Below, piece after piece: positions 59,993-64,000 of a DNA stretch of 64,000 bases (its first letter is position 1; each line of letters opens with the position of its first letter). Made by a program: the position numbers and the translations under genes. The notes below the pieces were generated by a model. It did not search any database and had not been told where the DNA came from. It saw nothing but the letters and a program-made list of their open reading frames with translations. Origin of the DNA: Candidatus Aquitaenariimonas noxiae. Its GTDB lineage: Bacteria; Omnitrophota; Gorgyraeia; Aquitaenariimonadales; Aquitaenariimonadaceae. The stretch covers positions 2,188-66,187 of the forward strand of contig PEWV01000071.1 in the NCBI GenBank assembly GCA_002780005.1, given 5' to 3'.

Positions 59993-60728
59993 TATCAGCA
60001 AGATCTCGGTGTTAATACCCGCGTATAACGAAGAAGCGCATATCGCACTGTGCATCGAGGAAACCGTAAATGCGTTTCTCGAATTCGGATATCAATTCGA
60101 GATCATAGTAATTGATGATGGGAGCGTTGATGACACATATAAAAAAGCCATCGAAAAGAGCGGGTATTATAAGAATGTTTTTGTGAAGAGAAATATAGTA
60201 AACTTTGGAAAGGGGAGGGCCTTAAAAAAAGGTTTTCGCTATACTACGGGCGATTATATCGTTTTCCTGGATGCCGATCTTGACCTGCACCCTAGTCAGG
60301 TCAAAATTTTTATTGATTATATGCTGCAAAATAATAATGATGTTATCATAGGCTCAAAAAGGCATCCCGAATCGGAAATCGAATACCCGCCGCACAGAAT
60401 GATAGTTAGTCTGGTATATTTTATTTTGGTAAAGCTTCTTTTCGGCCTCAGCATTCATGATACGCAAACAGGGCTTAAATTTTTTAAACGGGAAGTTCTT
60501 AAAAAAGTATTCCCAAAAGTTTTAGTTAAAAAATTCGCTTACGACTTAGAACTTTTAGTGCTTGCCAATCACTATGGCTATAAAATTGCAGAGGCGCCTG
60601 TGAAATTAGGTTTTCAAAGAATGTTGGGTTCTAGGATAGGTTTTAATGCTATTTGGAGCACGTGGTGGGATACAATGGCTGTCTTTTACAGGCTTTATAT
60701 ATTACGATATTATGACAAAGTGCAATAG
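59982..60728 (+). CDS. GT2 glycosyltransferase, DPM1/polyprenol-phosphate glycosyltransferase-like
   Basis: IPAYNEE, DDGS.D, NFGKG, DADL, GSKRH and DTQTGLK motifs. Confidence 0.88.
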   Translation: MRNNISKISVLIPAYNEEAHIALCIEETVNAFLEFGYQFEIIVIDDGSVDDTYKKAIEKSGYYKNVFVKRNIVNFGKGRALKKGFRYTTGDYIVFLDADLDLHPSQVKIFIDYMLQNNNDVIIGSKRHPESEIEYPPHRMIVSLVYFILVKLLFGLSIHDTQTGLKFFKREVLKKVFPKVLVKKFAYDLELLVLANHYGYKIAEAPVKLGFQRMLGSRIGFNAIWSTWWDTMAVFYRLYILRYYDKVQ

Positions 60729-61689
60729 AAAAGTTTCAATCATAATTCCATTACATAATTTGTGTGACAGATTCAAAAAAGATTTTGCTCATTTTTTGAA
60801 TTTAGATTACCCGGATTATGAAATTATATCTGTTTACGATAACAGAATAAGCTTTCAACACGAAAGGGTAATATCCATAACTACAAAAAAAGAAAATACA
60901 AGCCCGGCTGAAAAAAGAGATCTGGCGATAAAGGCGGCGAGGGGAGAAATTTGCGCATTTATAGACGATGACGCGTACCCTGACAAAGATTGGGTCAAGA
61001 ACGCCGTTAAATACTTCGATGATGAAAAAGTTGGAGCTGTCGGAGGCCCCGGTCTTACACCTCCTGAAGATAAATTTTTAATGAAGGCTGGCGGGTTATG
61101 TTATGAATCCTTTTTGGGAAGCGGGCCTAATCGATATCGCTTTGTCAAAGGCAAAAGCCGGATAGTCGATGATTTTCCAGCATATAACCTTTTTGTCAGA
61201 AAATCTGTGCTTGATCAGATAGGCGGGTTTGGCAGCCCTTTTTATGGAGGAGAAGATACGAAATTGTGCGGGGAGATTGTAAAATTTAATAAAAATATTG
61301 TCTATAGGCCTGATGTTATCGTATATCATCATAGGCGTCCTTTATTTAGGGCGCACCTGCGGCAAATAGGCAATGTTGGCCTGCATAGAGGTTACTTCGT
61401 AAAAAAATATCCAAAAACTTCTAGGAAGCTCGCCTATTTCTTGCCGACATTTTTTGCAATATATTTTTTTATAAGCATGCTATTGTTTATATCACTAAAA
61501 GTCGCTTTAATTTTTATTATTCCTGTTATTCCTATGGTATTATTCTTTATTTTTTCATTTGCGGACTGTCTGCGCCTAAGCAAAAGCGTGAGCATGGCAT
61601 TTGTGGCGGTGTGCGGCATTTCTTTGATGCACATTGTTTATGGAATAAGTTTCGTGAAGGGCCTTTTAACAAAAGATTTAAAGGTATAA
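60712..61689 (+). CDS. GT2 glycosyltransferase with C-terminal TM helices
   Basis: Start reassigned to ATG 60712. VSIIIP, FIDDD, GAVGGP, GED and VYHHRR motifs. Confidence 0.88.
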   Translation: MTKCNRKVSIIIPLHNLCDRFKKDFAHFLNLDYPDYEIISVYDNRISFQHERVISITTKKENTSPAEKRDLAIKAARGEICAFIDDDAYPDKDWVKNAVKYFDDEKVGAVGGPGLTPPEDKFLMKAGGLCYESFLGSGPNRYRFVKGKSRIVDDFPAYNLFVRKSVLDQIGGFGSPFYGGEDTKLCGEIVKFNKNIVYRPDVIVYHHRRPLFRAHLRQIGNVGLHRGYFVKKYPKTSRKLAYFLPTFFAIYFFISMLLFISLKVALIFIIPVIPMVLFFIFSFADCLRLSKSVSMAFVAVCGISLMHIVYGISFVKGLLTKDLKV

Positions 61690-61692
61690 AAT

Positions 61693-64000
<2,308 letters not shown>

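Overview
A gene-dense, AT-rich bacterial window in which every real gene is on the + strand. The organism is diderm (LptD present), and the gene content is reminiscent of Ca. Omnitrophota/PVC, which is inference only. Bases 1-16 kb hold housekeeping genes: a 5'-truncated class II Fic protein, miaB, a TPR-SPOR protein, miaA, hflX, a CIRCE-controlled hrcA-grpE-dnaK-dnaJ operon, DUF1015, a corrinoid protein, accD and two tandem GAF-GGDEF cyclases. Bases 16-64 kb hold a ROK kinase, lptD and a >44 kb surface-glycan (LPS O-antigen-like) cluster. The cluster encodes ugd, rmlCABD, 8 SDR sugar enzymes in total, 3 DegT aminotransferases, a WbpA/E/B-D-like diacetamido-uronic acid route, 2 AsnB amidotransferases, 5 SAM methyltransferases, a radical SAM/SPASM enzyme, a deacetylase, 2 flippases, GT2/GT4/GT-C-like transferases and a WecA/O-antigen-ligase fusion. 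Most notable observations: (1) a 112-bp MITE-like element inserted into the ugd start codon that rebuilds the RBS and ATG; (2) several other tiny palindromic or periodic elements that sit in genes without breaking them; (3) an LhgO-like 2-hydroxyglutarate oxidase wedged between WbpE- and WbpB-like genes, suggesting 2-oxoglutarate recycling; (4) an archaeal-type DnaK; (5) an initiator/ligase fusion; (6) a stand-alone LexA DNA-binding domain; (7) a sulfatase-fold gene that is out of frame at an A7 tract. No rRNA, tRNA or CRISPR array was seen.
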